This document shows, one piece after another, positions 19,628-28,592 of a stretch of 64,000 bases of DNA. The DNA is from Syntrophorhabdaceae bacterium. GTDB taxonomy: Bacteria > Desulfobacterota > Syntrophorhabdia > Syntrophorhabdales > Syntrophorhabdaceae. Each line of letters opens with the position of its first letter. Within the stretch, counting starts at the first letter, position 1. Location: positions 352,001 through 416,000 of the forward strand of contig CAXXUO010000002.1 of NCBI GenBank assembly GCA_963666485.2, given 5' to 3'. A program made the position numbers and the translations under genes. The notes beneath the pieces were generated by a model. It was not told where the DNA came from, did not search any database, and was given only the letters and a program-made list of their open reading frames with translations.

Positions 19628-19764
19628 GTTCAACAGTTCAACCGTTCAACAGTTCAACGCAAAAGAGATGCGGAATGTAAAAAGAATACGAGACATAAGA
19701 ATTTCGTCGAATGTAAAGGGGGATCTTCTAGCGTTGAACGGTTGAACTGTTGAACGGCTGAACG
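19628..19764. repeat. Inverted pair of octamer arrays (GTTCAACN x4 / GTTGAACN x4) around a ~72-nt spacer
   Basis: Read directly; the arms are reverse complements. Confidence 0.88.
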
Positions 19765-19772
19765 GTTAAGAT

Positions 19773-20339
19773 TTATGCCCGGGACCGTTTAAGGGTCCGG
19801 AGCCCGCCTATCACGTAGTGCGTTCCCGAGATGATTGTCGAGAGGCCCGTCACGAAGAACAGGACCGGAGTGTATTCCTTGAACGTGCTGCCGGGGATAG
19901 ACCATGACCACAGGACGTACACGATGGTTGCGATCTGCAGGACCGTCGTTATCTTGCCGAAGATCGTCGGCCTCGGCCTCACGTTATTGGCGTAATGGTA
20001 GAGAATAAGGTACCCGCAGGCGATGACGATGTCCCTTCCGAGGACGAGCGCGGTGAGCCACAAGGGGACGATGCCGACAATATAGAGCATGACGAACGCG
20101 GCAACGAGCATGGTCTTGTCGGCGATCGGGTCAAGGTACGCCCCGAGCTCGGTCTTCCAGTCCATGACGCGCGCGATGAATCCGTCGAGCAGGTCGCTTA
20201 TCCCCTGGATGAGAAAAAGATACAGTGCAAGGCGCATCCTGCCCTGGTAAACAGCATAAATAAAATAGAACGTGATGAAAAAACGAAGTATGGAGATTAT
20301 ATTCGGGAGATTTATAGCCTGCGTAGCGTTATCTCTCAT
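19773..20339 (-). CDS. CDP-alcohol phosphatidyltransferase (PgsA-like)
   Basis: NLPNIIS.LR, SDLLDGFIAR...T.LGAYLDPIADK. Confidence 0.88.
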   Translation of the reverse strand: MRDNATQAINLPNIISILRFFITFYFIYAVYQGRMRLALYLFLIQGISDLLDGFIARVMDWKTELGAYLDPIADKTMLVAAFVMLYIVGIVPLWLTALVLGRDIVIACGYLILYHYANNVRPRPTIFGKITTVLQIATIVYVLWSWSIPGSTFKEYTPVLFFVTGLSTIISGTHYVIGGLRTLKRSRA

Positions 20340-21717
20340 AATCCTGGTAATAGTTCCTGAACGTGGCGCACTTGTCGATGAAGCTCAGTGTCACGGTATC
20401 TGTCGGGCCGTTGCGCTGTTTCCCTATGATGACCTCTGCCATGCCCTTGTTTTCTTCCCTGTCTTTATTATACACCTCATCACGGTAAATGAAGAGGATC
20501 ACGTCCGCGTCCTGCTCGATCGCGCCCGATTCCCTGAGGTCTGCGAGGCGCGGCCTTTTGTTTTCTTTTTCACGGGTCTCCGGTGCCCTGTTGAGCTGGG
20601 AGATGGCGATGACGGGAATATTGAGCTCCTTCGCGAGGGCTTTGAGGAACCGGGAGATCTCGGATATCTCCTGCTCGCGCCGGTCCGCGCCGGTCCTTCC
20701 CCGCATGAGCTGGAGATAATCGATCACGACAAGGCCGATGTCATGCTCTTTCTTGAGCCTGCGTGCCCGGGCCCGCAATTCCATGACGGTGAGGGCGGGC
20801 GAGTCATCGATGAACATCCGCGCTTCGGTCAGTTTTCCGGCGGCCGTGGCGAGCCTCGGCCACTCATCACCGGAGAATGTCCCCGTGCGCAGCTTCGAAT
20901 GGTCGATCTCCGATTCGGAGCTTAAAAGCCGTGTAACGAGCTGTTCCTTGGACATTTCCATCGAAAATATCCCCACGGGCACGGGGTTTTCATGCAGCGT
21001 CGAAACATGCTGTGCCACGTTCATGGAAAATGCCGTCTTGCCCATACTGGGCCGGCCGGCGACGATAATGAGGTCAGACGGCTGAAGACCGCTCGTCAAC
21101 CTGTCGAGATCGGTAAAACCCGTCGGGACGCCCGTCACGGCCTGTTTCTTCTTGTAGAGCCTTTCTATAAGTTTGATGCTGTCATGGATGAAATCCCCGA
21201 TCGGCAGGTAGGTCTTCTTGATCTTGTTCTCGGACACCTCGAAGATGAGCTTTTCCGCATCGTCTATATATGCATCGATGTCCGTCTCGGCATCATAGCC
21301 TTTTTCGATGATCTCCGTGGCCGCCTTCATGAGCGACCTGACGAGGGATTTTTCCCTGACGATCTTCGCGTAATAGGCGATGTTCGCCGCGGACGGCATA
21401 AGATCGACGAGCGTGTTCAGGTAGGTTATGCCGCCCACGCTCTCGAGAATGCCCCGGTCTTTGGCGAGATTACTCACGGTTATAAGGTCGATCGCATCGT
21501 TCCTGTCGGAAAGATGGACCATCAGGTCGTATATCTTGCCGTGGGCATCGCGGTAAAAGTCGGTTGCCGTTACAATATCGCTAACTTTATTGATAGCTTC
21601 CGGATCGACGAGAAGGCCGCCGAGCAGCGATTGCTCGACCTCTATGTTTTGAGGGGGGACCCGCAATGTTGAAGCGGGATCTTTTGGATCCCTGACATTT
21701 TTTATGATCCGGGGCAT
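20329..21717 (-). CDS. dnaB: Replicative DNA helicase
   Basis: PPQNIEVEQS, AGRPSMGKT, IDYLQL, SQLNR, DLRESGAIEQDAD, KQRNGP. Confidence 0.97.
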   Translation of the reverse strand: MPRIIKNVRDPKDPASTLRVPPQNIEVEQSLLGGLLVDPEAINKVSDIVTATDFYRDAHGKIYDLMVHLSDRNDAIDLITVSNLAKDRGILESVGGITYLNTLVDLMPSAANIAYYAKIVREKSLVRSLMKAATEIIEKGYDAETDIDAYIDDAEKLIFEVSENKIKKTYLPIGDFIHDSIKLIERLYKKKQAVTGVPTGFTDLDRLTSGLQPSDLIIVAGRPSMGKTAFSMNVAQHVSTLHENPVPVGIFSMEMSKEQLVTRLLSSESEIDHSKLRTGTFSGDEWPRLATAAGKLTEARMFIDDSPALTVMELRARARRLKKEHDIGLVVIDYLQLMRGRTGADRREQEISEISRFLKALAKELNIPVIAISQLNRAPETREKENKRPRLADLRESGAIEQDADVILFIYRDEVYNKDREENKGMAEVIIGKQRNGPTDTVTLSFIDKCATFRNYYQDYER

Positions 21718-22170
21718 TTAAGCCTCTTCTTTTGCCACCTCGATCTTAACTTCAGCGTTGACCTCGGGCTGAAGATGAATAACGACCGTGTGTTCGCCTG
21801 TTGTCTTGATCGGTTCCTCGAGACGGACCAGTTTTTTATCGATCTCTACCCCGGTAGACGCCTTGACTGCCTCAACGACGTCCTTATGGGTCACGGAGCC
21901 GAACAGTCTTCCATCGTCGCCCGCCTTTTTCTTGATAGTGAGGGTGATCTCCTGAAGCCGTGTTTTGAGTTCCTCGGCCGTCTGGGTATCGCGTGCCTTC
22001 TTGTTCGAAACGCTCCTGACAATATTTTCGAAGCGTACGACGTTGCCCTCGGTCGCGGGAACAGCGAGGCCCCGGGGAACGAGGAAATTCCTCCCGTAGC
22101 CGTCCCGGACATTAACGGTATCGCCCTTCTTTCCCGTGCCCTGGACATCTTCAATCAGTATAACCTTCAT
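21718..22170 (-). CDS. rplI: 50S ribosomal protein L9
   Basis: MKVIL..DV..G..G..V.V.DGYGRNFL, LFGSVT. Confidence 0.95.
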   Translation of the reverse strand: MKVILIEDVQGTGKKGDTVNVRDGYGRNFLVPRGLAVPATEGNVVRFENIVRSVSNKKARDTQTAEELKTRLQEITLTIKKKAGDDGRLFGSVTHKDVVEAVKASTGVEIDKKLVRLEEPIKTTGEHTVVIHLQPEVNAEVKIEVAKEEA

Positions 22171-22182
22171 CACGTGCCTCCG

Positions 22183-22449
22183 TTATTTCAATAATGTGGT
22201 AAAGGGCAGAAAGGCAATGTGCCGCGCCATCTTTATCGCCTCTTTCAGCTTGCGCTGGTGGTTCGCACAGGTACCCGTCATTCTCCTCGGCATGATCTTG
22301 CCTCTTTCCGTGATGAACGATTTCAGGAGCTTCGGATCTTTATAGTCAATGGCCAGATTGGAATCCTGGCAGAATCTGCAAACCCGTCTTCTTACATACA
22401 CTCTTTTCTTCGGTGAATCCGACCGAGTTGTCCTCATTGGTCTTGGCAT
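22183..22449 (-). CDS. rpsR: 30S ribosomal protein S18
   Basis: [27 protein letters not shown]. Confidence 0.96.
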   Translation of the reverse strand: MPRPMRTTRSDSPKKRVYVRRRVCRFCQDSNLAIDYKDPKLLKSFITERGKIMPRRMTGTCANHQRKLKEAIKMARHIAFLPFTTLLK

Positions 22450-22453
22450 CTAC

Positions 22454-22723
22454 TCATTCCTCCATCCAAAAAATTTTATGTGCTTCGAGTTTGACTATCT
22501 CCCTGGTGGGCAGCTTTTTTCTGAGGAGCCTGCCCGCTACCATCACGCTCGTTCCGGCCGCCGCATCGACGTATGGTTCCGATGAACCGCCCCGGCATTC
22601 TACGTCGATGAGGAAATCACCATCCGTGACCCGAAGGGGAAACAGCATGAACTTGTCCCCCCGGGGGGTATAGACGATCTCGGGCCTTTTCTCGACCCGT
22701 CCCGTCATGAAAACCCTGTTCAT
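22454..22723 (-). CDS. Short single-stranded DNA-binding OB-fold protein, PriB/SSB-like
   Basis: MNRVFMTGRV...PE..YTP.G start and G..V.V.GRL motif; 89 aa with no acidic tail; rpsF-X-rpsR position. Confidence 0.7.
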   Translation of the reverse strand: MNRVFMTGRVEKRPEIVYTPRGDKFMLFPLRVTDGDFLIDVECRGGSSEPYVDAAAGTSVMVAGRLLRKKLPTREIVKLEAHKIFWMEE

Positions 22724-23073
22724 CAGAACTCGCCTTCGAGCTCGTCAAACACCACCGCGTCGGGCGGTTTCTTCGGGCCTTCGCTCGCGTCATCGACGAC
22801 CACGAACATGTGCCGCAAAACGGGGTCAAGCGTCCTGTAAAACTTGGCCATCGGCGCAACAGAGCCTTCATCCATATCGAGCAGGAAAAAGAAATAATGG
22901 CCCCTGTCTTTTTTCTTTATCGGATAAGCGAGCTTTCTGACCGCCCAGTCATCCAGTTTCACGATCGCTGCGCCAGCTTTTTCCAGGTTTCCCTGGATCC
23001 TCTTCATGAGATCGTCTTCTTCTTCTTTTGCGAGGTCGGGGCTGAGCACAACAATATTCTCGTATCTTCCCAC
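22723..23073 (-). CDS. rpsF: 30S ribosomal protein S6
   Basis: RYE..V.L.P, W..RKLAYPIKK...GHY, VLRH. Confidence 0.94.
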   Translation of the reverse strand: MGRYENIVVLSPDLAKEEEDDLMKRIQGNLEKAGAAIVKLDDWAVRKLAYPIKKKDRGHYFFFLLDMDEGSVAPMAKFYRTLDPVLRHMFVVVDDASEGPKKPPDAVVFDELEGEF

Positions 23074-23087
23074 GATTCTTTCTCCTT

Positions 23088-23408
23088 TCAGTTTTGAGTC
23101 TTCTGAGGTGCTACCACAGTGCCTTTATCGACCTTAACACGAACTTTTTCGGCAATTTCAATAGTTACACTGTCGTCGGAAATTCCCGTTATTGTACCAT
23201 ACAAACCACCCGATGTGATAATTTTATCTCCCTTCTTCAGATTGGCGAGAAACTCCTTCTGCTGCTTCGCTCTTTTCTGCTGAGGGCGGATGAGAATGAA
23301 ATAAAAAATGGCAAAAACAGCGACGATAAAAATAAGCGACATATAGTTGCTGCCGCCCTGACCGGCGCCTGCCTGACCGCTACCCATTGCATACGCTACA
23401 CCTGTCAT
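23088..23408 (-). CDS. yajC: Preprotein translocase subunit YajC
   Basis: FYFILIRPQQKR, LKKGDKIITSGGLYG; AAGGAGG RBS. Confidence 0.93.
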   Translation of the reverse strand: MTGVAYAMGSGQAGAGQGGSNYMSLIFIVAVFAIFYFILIRPQQKRAKQQKEFLANLKKGDKIITSGGLYGTITGISDDSVTIEIAEKVRVKVDKGTVVAPQKTQN

Positions 23409-24516
23409 CCGATTCACCTCCTTCATATCGTGATTTGAAATCGTGATAAAAAGACCCGAACGTGCCGTTCTTTACGGCGTCACGGACCTTCCTCATGAGT
23501 TCCATATAGAAATGTACATTATGGACCGTATTCAAATAAAAGCTCGTCAGTTCGTGCGAGACGACGAGATGCCTCAAATAGGCCCGCGAGTACGTCCTGC
23601 ACGTAGGGCACGAACAGCCCTCATCGATCGGCCCCTTGTCTTCGGTAAAGCGGGCGTTCTTGATATTTATCCTGCCGTCCCACGTGAACAGGCTGCCGTT
23701 GCGGGCAAACCGGGTCGGGATGATGCAGTCGAACATGTCGATCCCTCTTTTCACGCCCTCGAGGAGATCTTCCGGCAGGCCGATGCCCATCATGTAACGC
23801 GGCTTATCGGCCGGCATGAGGTCGATCACCGTGTCCACCATGTCCCACATCAGGCTTTTCGGCTCCCCGACGCTCAAACCGCCGATGGCGAAACCGTCGA
23901 AGTCAAGGGCGAGGATGTCGTGGGCGGAGCGTATCCTCAATTCGGGGTAAAAACCGCCCTGGATTATCCCGAAGAGCTTCTGCGGACCGTCGGTTTTCGC
24001 CTCGAGGCACCGTTTTGCCCAGCGCGTCGTCAGTTCTACAGAATCGCGCGTATATTCAAATGTCGACGGGTAAGGAGCGCACTCGTCGAGGCACATCGCG
24101 ACATCGGCCCCGATATTCTCCTGCACGCGCACCATTTTTTCCGGCGTGAGAAAATGGCGCGAGCCGTCGATGTGGGATTGAAACAGGACGCCGTCCTCTT
24201 TTATCTCGCGCAGGACGCCGAGGCTGAATATCTGGTAGCCGCCGCTGTCTGTGAGCAGGCCTCCGTCCCAGCCGGCGAATTTGTGCAGCCCCCCCATTCT
24301 TTTGATCATCTCGTCACCGGGGCGCAGGTAAAGGTGATACGCATTTGCGAGGATCATTTTGACGCCGAGTTCCGTAAGCTGCCGGTGGCTCATCGCCTTG
24401 ACCACGCCCTGCGTGCCGACGGGCATGAAGACCGGGGTGTCCACCTCGCCGTGGCCTGTCAAAAGCCGCCCGGAACGTGCCCTTCCCTCGTTATGGTCTA
24501 TCTCGATCGCCTTCAT
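23380..24516 (-). CDS. tgt: tRNA-guanine transglycosylase
   Basis: TPVFMPVGT, DSGGYQ, GGLSVGE, DMFDC, C.C..C Zn site, HN. Confidence 0.96.
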   Translation of the reverse strand: MKAIEIDHNEGRARSGRLLTGHGEVDTPVFMPVGTQGVVKAMSHRQLTELGVKMILANAYHLYLRPGDEMIKRMGGLHKFAGWDGGLLTDSGGYQIFSLGVLREIKEDGVLFQSHIDGSRHFLTPEKMVRVQENIGADVAMCLDECAPYPSTFEYTRDSVELTTRWAKRCLEAKTDGPQKLFGIIQGGFYPELRIRSAHDILALDFDGFAIGGLSVGEPKSLMWDMVDTVIDLMPADKPRYMMGIGLPEDLLEGVKRGIDMFDCIIPTRFARNGSLFTWDGRINIKNARFTEDKGPIDEGCSCPTCRTYSRAYLRHLVVSHELTSFYLNTVHNVHFYMELMRKVRDAVKNGTFGSFYHDFKSRYEGGESDDRCSVCNG

Positions 24517-25532
24517 GATATGAACATCGCGTCCCCGTAGCTGTAAAACCTGTATCCAGCTGCTATAGCCTCCCCGTAGGCCTTCTTAAGCCCCGTCGCC
24601 CCCATGAAGGCCGCGACGAGCATAAGAGGGGTCGAACGCGGAAGATGAAAATTCGTGATCAGTGCATCGACGGCCCTGAATTCGTACCCCGGATAGATGA
24701 AAAGCTCCGTTTTCCCCGCAGGCAAACCATTGCCGTTCGCGCGGAAGACCGTCTCGAGGGTCCGCACGGAACTCGTGCCGCAGGCGACTATCCGGCGCCC
24801 CTTACTGCGCGCCTCCTTAAGAAATACCTTCGCCTCATCATCGAGCTCATACTGTTCGCCGTGCATCCTGTGCTCTTCGAGCGTATCGGCGTGAATAAGG
24901 GAAAAGGTCCCGATCCCGATGTGGAGGGTGATCGTGACAATATCGACACCCATCGAACGGACCCTGTCAAGCAGCTCCCGGGAGAAGTGAAACCCCGCCG
25001 TGGGCGCGGCTATCGATCCTGAGCTCTTCGCATAAACGGTCTGGTAACGGTCAAAATCGTCTGCACCGTCTTCCCCGTTGCGCTTGATATAGGGAGGCAG
25101 GGGCATCTTTCCGTACGTCCGGATGATCTCCCCGGCCTCATTATCCGAGGCAAAGGACACAACGAGGCTATCATTGTGCCGCCCTATGCTGGCGGAATAC
25201 CCGCCGATCGCAACAGGTATGGGTGCCGCTCTCCTGCCGACGCCGCGGGCGAGGCACTCCCACATCCCGTTGCCAAGCGGCCGCACCAGGAGAACGTCGA
25301 TCTGGCCACCCGTCGGCTTAACCGCCTTCAGGCGCGCAGGGAACACCTTGCTGTCATTCAGCACAAGGACATCGTTCTCACGGAAATATCCCGTAATGTC
25401 GGAAAATTTCCGGTGCTCGATCTTTCCCGTCACCCTGTCATACGCAAGGAGCCGCGAGTCGGACCTCTCGCCCGACGGATGCTGGGCGATCATCTCCCCT
25501 GGCAGATCGTAATCAAATTCGTCAACTCTCAT
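24513..25532 (-). CDS. queA: S-adenosylmethionine:tRNA ribosyltransferase-isomerase
   Basis: FDYDLP..IAQ.P, PLPPYI, AAPTAG.HF, TNFHLP.ST, YRFYSYGDAM. Confidence 0.96.
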   Translation of the reverse strand: MRVDEFDYDLPGEMIAQHPSGERSDSRLLAYDRVTGKIEHRKFSDITGYFRENDVLVLNDSKVFPARLKAVKPTGGQIDVLLVRPLGNGMWECLARGVGRRAAPIPVAIGGYSASIGRHNDSLVVSFASDNEAGEIIRTYGKMPLPPYIKRNGEDGADDFDRYQTVYAKSSGSIAAPTAGFHFSRELLDRVRSMGVDIVTITLHIGIGTFSLIHADTLEEHRMHGEQYELDDEAKVFLKEARSKGRRIVACGTSSVRTLETVFRANGNGLPAGKTELFIYPGYEFRAVDALITNFHLPRSTPLMLVAAFMGATGLKKAYGEAIAAGYRFYSYGDAMFIS

Positions 25533-25782
25533 AATCCGTACATACCATCAATCGGCCCGCATTCATCCCGGCCCGTAGTTTGCCATCATCCGCATAGATA
25601 AAAGCAAAAAAATCCCTGTCAAGCCCTCCGGCTTTCCAAAACAGGTTAATTTTATATCAGATTATCCCGATATTCGCAAATCAATTAACGGGTTACGCAC
25701 CACACCCGTCACGGGCGGCCCCGGCAGGCGATTATGCTTGTAACGGATCGGGCTTTTATTTTACAATTTTCAGGAGTTTTCT

Positions 25783-26610
25783 ATGGGAATAATAACGGTA
25801 TCGAGGCTTCACGGTTCAGGGGGCACGTACTTCGCGCGGGAGCTCGCGAAGCGCCTCGACTATTCATTCATTAACAGGACTTCCATAAACACGGAATGCC
25901 GGGAAAGCGACAAGCACGTCTGTGTCTTCGGGATAGCGGGCGACGCCACGCCGGGGCTTTATGAAAAAATGCAGGAGCTCATGGTAAATCCCGATTACCA
26001 CAAGGTCTCCCTTGTAGCGTGCATACTCGACCGCGCCCGGGAAAACAATGCCGTTTTCACCGGTATGGGATGCGGCATCGTTCTCGCGGGCATGGAGAAC
26101 ACCATTAATATACGTATCGTCCGGCGCCTCGAGGACCGTGTCGGTGAGATAGCACGGGTAAAGGATATCGGCTACGACGATGCCTTCGATCTTGTCGAGA
26201 GGATGGATGAGGGAAAGCGCGAATTCGTCATGCGGTACTTCGGGGCCGATGTGGGCGACCCGTCCATTTATCACGCGGTCATCAATTCGAGCCACATACC
26301 GCTCGAGGATGCGATCGACATCATCGCCGGTTACGCGTCAAAGTATTTAACGGCATCTCATACCGCGGATGCGGAAACGGCCCTCAAAGAACGCCTGCTT
26401 GAAAAAAGGGCGGAACTGCTCCTCTTCCATATCGGAATGGCCCATTGTTACGGGAAACTCGACTTCAAGGCCGAGAAGGGCGGCCTGAGCGTTGCCGGGA
26501 CCGTACGCAATGAAGCCGAGAAGGACCGTCTCCTCAAGACGCTGCGCCAGAATACGGAAATTAACAGGATATATGACGAAATAGAATCGGGAGTTCTCGA
26601 AAGGATGTAA
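25783..26610 (+). CDS. Cytidylate kinase-like protein with C-terminal BON-like domain
   Basis: IITVSR..GSGG...A..LA..L.Y, D..R, Y...INS; C-terminal V.GTV....EK..I...I pattern. Confidence 0.7.
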   Translation: MGIITVSRLHGSGGTYFARELAKRLDYSFINRTSINTECRESDKHVCVFGIAGDATPGLYEKMQELMVNPDYHKVSLVACILDRARENNAVFTGMGCGIVLAGMENTINIRIVRRLEDRVGEIARVKDIGYDDAFDLVERMDEGKREFVMRYFGADVGDPSIYHAVINSSHIPLEDAIDIIAGYASKYLTASHTADAETALKERLLEKRAELLLFHIGMAHCYGKLDFKAEKGGLSVAGTVRNEAEKDRLLKTLRQNTEINRIYDEIESGVLERM

Positions 26611-26625
26611 CGACCGCCGCCCGTG

Positions 26626-27210
26626 TCAGGCGGGTTGTTTTTTCCGGAATTTCTTCCCCATAACGAACGCGTTTCCCAGCTTCGCACCAAAACCGTAATA
26701 TTCGCGAATTTCAGGCGTCAGGACAACAGGCCGTATCTTTTCGATGCTCGGCTTCATGGTATCATCGAGCATGTCTTCGTCGATCTTCACATCGAGGATC
26801 TCCCCGATGAACTGCGTGTGCAGGCCGAGATCTGTATACGTCAAAAGCTTGCATTCGAGGACAAAAGGAAACTCCTTGATATACGGGGCGTCAACGACGT
26901 CACTCCTGACGGGCGTAAGCCCGGTCACGGCGTATTTGTCGATGTCCCTTCCCGATGCTATGCCGAAATAATCCGCCTCGGTGAGGAACTTTTCCGGTGT
27001 TACGTGGACCGTGAATGCCTTGCGGTCAAGAATGCTCTGGTATGTATGAGTGGCCTTCCTCAGGGCAATATCAACGCACGGCGGCTTCGAGCAGCACATG
27101 CCTCCCCAGGCGACGGTCATGACGTTCGGGCGGCCATCCGCGTCATATGTTCCTACCACGAGCACCGGGGCGGGCAGGAGGACCGTCCGCGCGCCGAGGG
27201 ATCTTTTCAT
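26626..27210 (-). CDS. Flavin reductase family protein (flavoredoxin-like)
   Basis: PAPVLVVGTYD..G.PN.M..AWGG.CCS.PP, APYI.EFP..LEC, HTQFIGEI. Confidence 0.88.
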   Translation of the reverse strand: MKRSLGARTVLLPAPVLVVGTYDADGRPNVMTVAWGGMCCSKPPCVDIALRKATHTYQSILDRKAFTVHVTPEKFLTEADYFGIASGRDIDKYAVTGLTPVRSDVVDAPYIKEFPFVLECKLLTYTDLGLHTQFIGEILDVKIDEDMLDDTMKPSIEKIRPVVLTPEIREYYGFGAKLGNAFVMGKKFRKKQPA

Positions 27211-27280
27211 GGGAAACCTCCTAAATATCAGGGCCTTTGCAACCAAAAGCGGGTGAAACGGATTTTAGTATAACCCAACA

Positions 27281-27309
27281 TTGACAGGCATGAAATACTT
27301 TTATACAAT
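27281..27309 (+). promoter_or_regulatory. sigma70-type promoter for the operon starting at 27337
   Basis: TTGACA-17 nt-TACAAT. Confidence 0.7.
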
Positions 27310-27336
27310 GATGGGCATCCCGAAAAGGAAGGTCCT

Positions 27337-27687
27337 ATGCCGTACAGGAGAACATCGCAATGGATAGTGGTATGTGTTTCGACGGCGATCACGATCTTCT
27401 GCGTCTACGTCCTGCTCATGAACCTGCGCATGGGAAATATAAAGAACGTCTGGGTCTTTTCCGCGTTTTCGGTCATATTCGCCATCCCGCTTTTGGTGAC
27501 GGTCTTCCACATGATCGCCGACAGGAACCCTACCCTTGCAAACCTGCACAAAAAGCATATCTCCCTCGGGCAAAAACACAAGACCACGTTCATCCCCCAC
27601 TGGTTCGTCACCTCCGGGGTGATCGTCATCGGGCTCATCATTCTTTATACGATAATAAAATGGCTGTTCATGTACTTCCAGCGATGA
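27337..27687 (+). CDS. Hypothetical membrane protein (3 TM)
   Basis: Hydrophobic segments; RBS; ATGA overlap with the next gene. Confidence 0.65.
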   Translation: MPYRRTSQWIVVCVSTAITIFCVYVLLMNLRMGNIKNVWVFSAFSVIFAIPLLVTVFHMIADRNPTLANLHKKHISLGQKHKTTFIPHWFVTSGVIVIGLIILYTIIKWLFMYFQR

Positions 27688-28592
27688 TCGAAATACCCCT
27701 TTCCCGGATAGATCTCAAGGATGAGCGCTTCCCGCTTTCTTTCGGCCGCGACAATGAAAGGTTGCTCTCGTCGATAAGGGCCTTTGGCATCATCGAGCCC
27801 GTTGTCCTCCTTGACCGGAAACCTTATGTCCCGGTCGCGGGCCATCGCCGCCTCGCGTGCGCCCGGTCCCTGGGAATGAGGTCTGTTCCGGCGTTCATCA
27901 TAGACAGTACGGACAGAGATGCCTTTCTCAAGGCGGTCAATGCGAACCTCGAGCGTGGATATAACATTATCGAGAAAGCAAACATCCTTTCCGGGATGGA
28001 CCTTCTCGGTTTTTCACGGCCCGACGTCCTCGCGTGCATGAAGGACCTCGATCTCGACCCCCACGAAAAGGTCCTCGATGTTTTCCTCGCTCTTGCCCGG
28101 CTCACCCTCCGGGAGAAGGAGTTTATCTTTACGAACGGCATGTCCTTGCGAAATACCGGGCACTTTCTGCGTTTCGACACCGGTGAGAGAAAAAAGATCA
28201 TGCGCTCCCTTTCCGGTCTTCATCTTACGGAAAGCGTGCTCCGCGAGGTCCTCGAATCTCTCCAGATCATAAAGATACGGACGGGGAAACTGGCGGGCAA
28301 GGATATCCCCGCCCTTCCGGACATCGAGGCTTTACGTTCACATCTGAAAAAAAGGATACACCCGGTCCTGACATCACTGGAGCGCAAATTAAAGGCGATA
28401 CGGGGTAAAATGGCGCTTCCGCCGGGGATGGATATTAGGGTAGACCCTTTCTTCGAAAAGGAGTATATTGAATTAGTACTGAGAATAAAAGACGAAAACG
28501 ACATACGCACCGCCCTCGCTAAAATTTCGGGATTAGCGGAAGCCGGTTTTCTGAGGAGCATCCTTGACCTTACAAAAGGTACAATTCGTTGA
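27684..28592 (+). CDS. ParB/Sulfiredoxin N-terminal domain protein
   Basis: L..SI...GIIEPV, VAGHRRL.CA..LG, N..R..N..EKA; start reset to ATG 27684. Confidence 0.8.
   Translation: MIEIPLSRIDLKDERFPLSFGRDNERLLSSIRAFGIIEPVVLLDRKPYVPVAGHRRLACARSLGMRSVPAFIIDSTDRDAFLKAVNANLERGYNIIEKANILSGMDLLGFSRPDVLACMKDLDLDPHEKVLDVFLALARLTLREKEFIFTNGMSLRNTGHFLRFDTGERKKIMRSLSGLHLTESVLREVLESLQIIKIRTGKLAGKDIPALPDIEALRSHLKKRIHPVLTSLERKLKAIRGKMALPPGMDIRVDPFFEKEYIELVLRIKDENDIRTALAKISGLAEAGFLRSILDLTKGTIR

Noticed and set aside
25712..25740. sigma54 site upstream of the kinase-like gene
   Set aside because: GG-to-GC spacing is 11 nt, not 10
27360..27683. N-terminal 108 aa of the 410-aa ParB ORF
   Set aside because: Out-of-frame overlap with the membrane-protein gene; ATGA coupling points to a start at 27684
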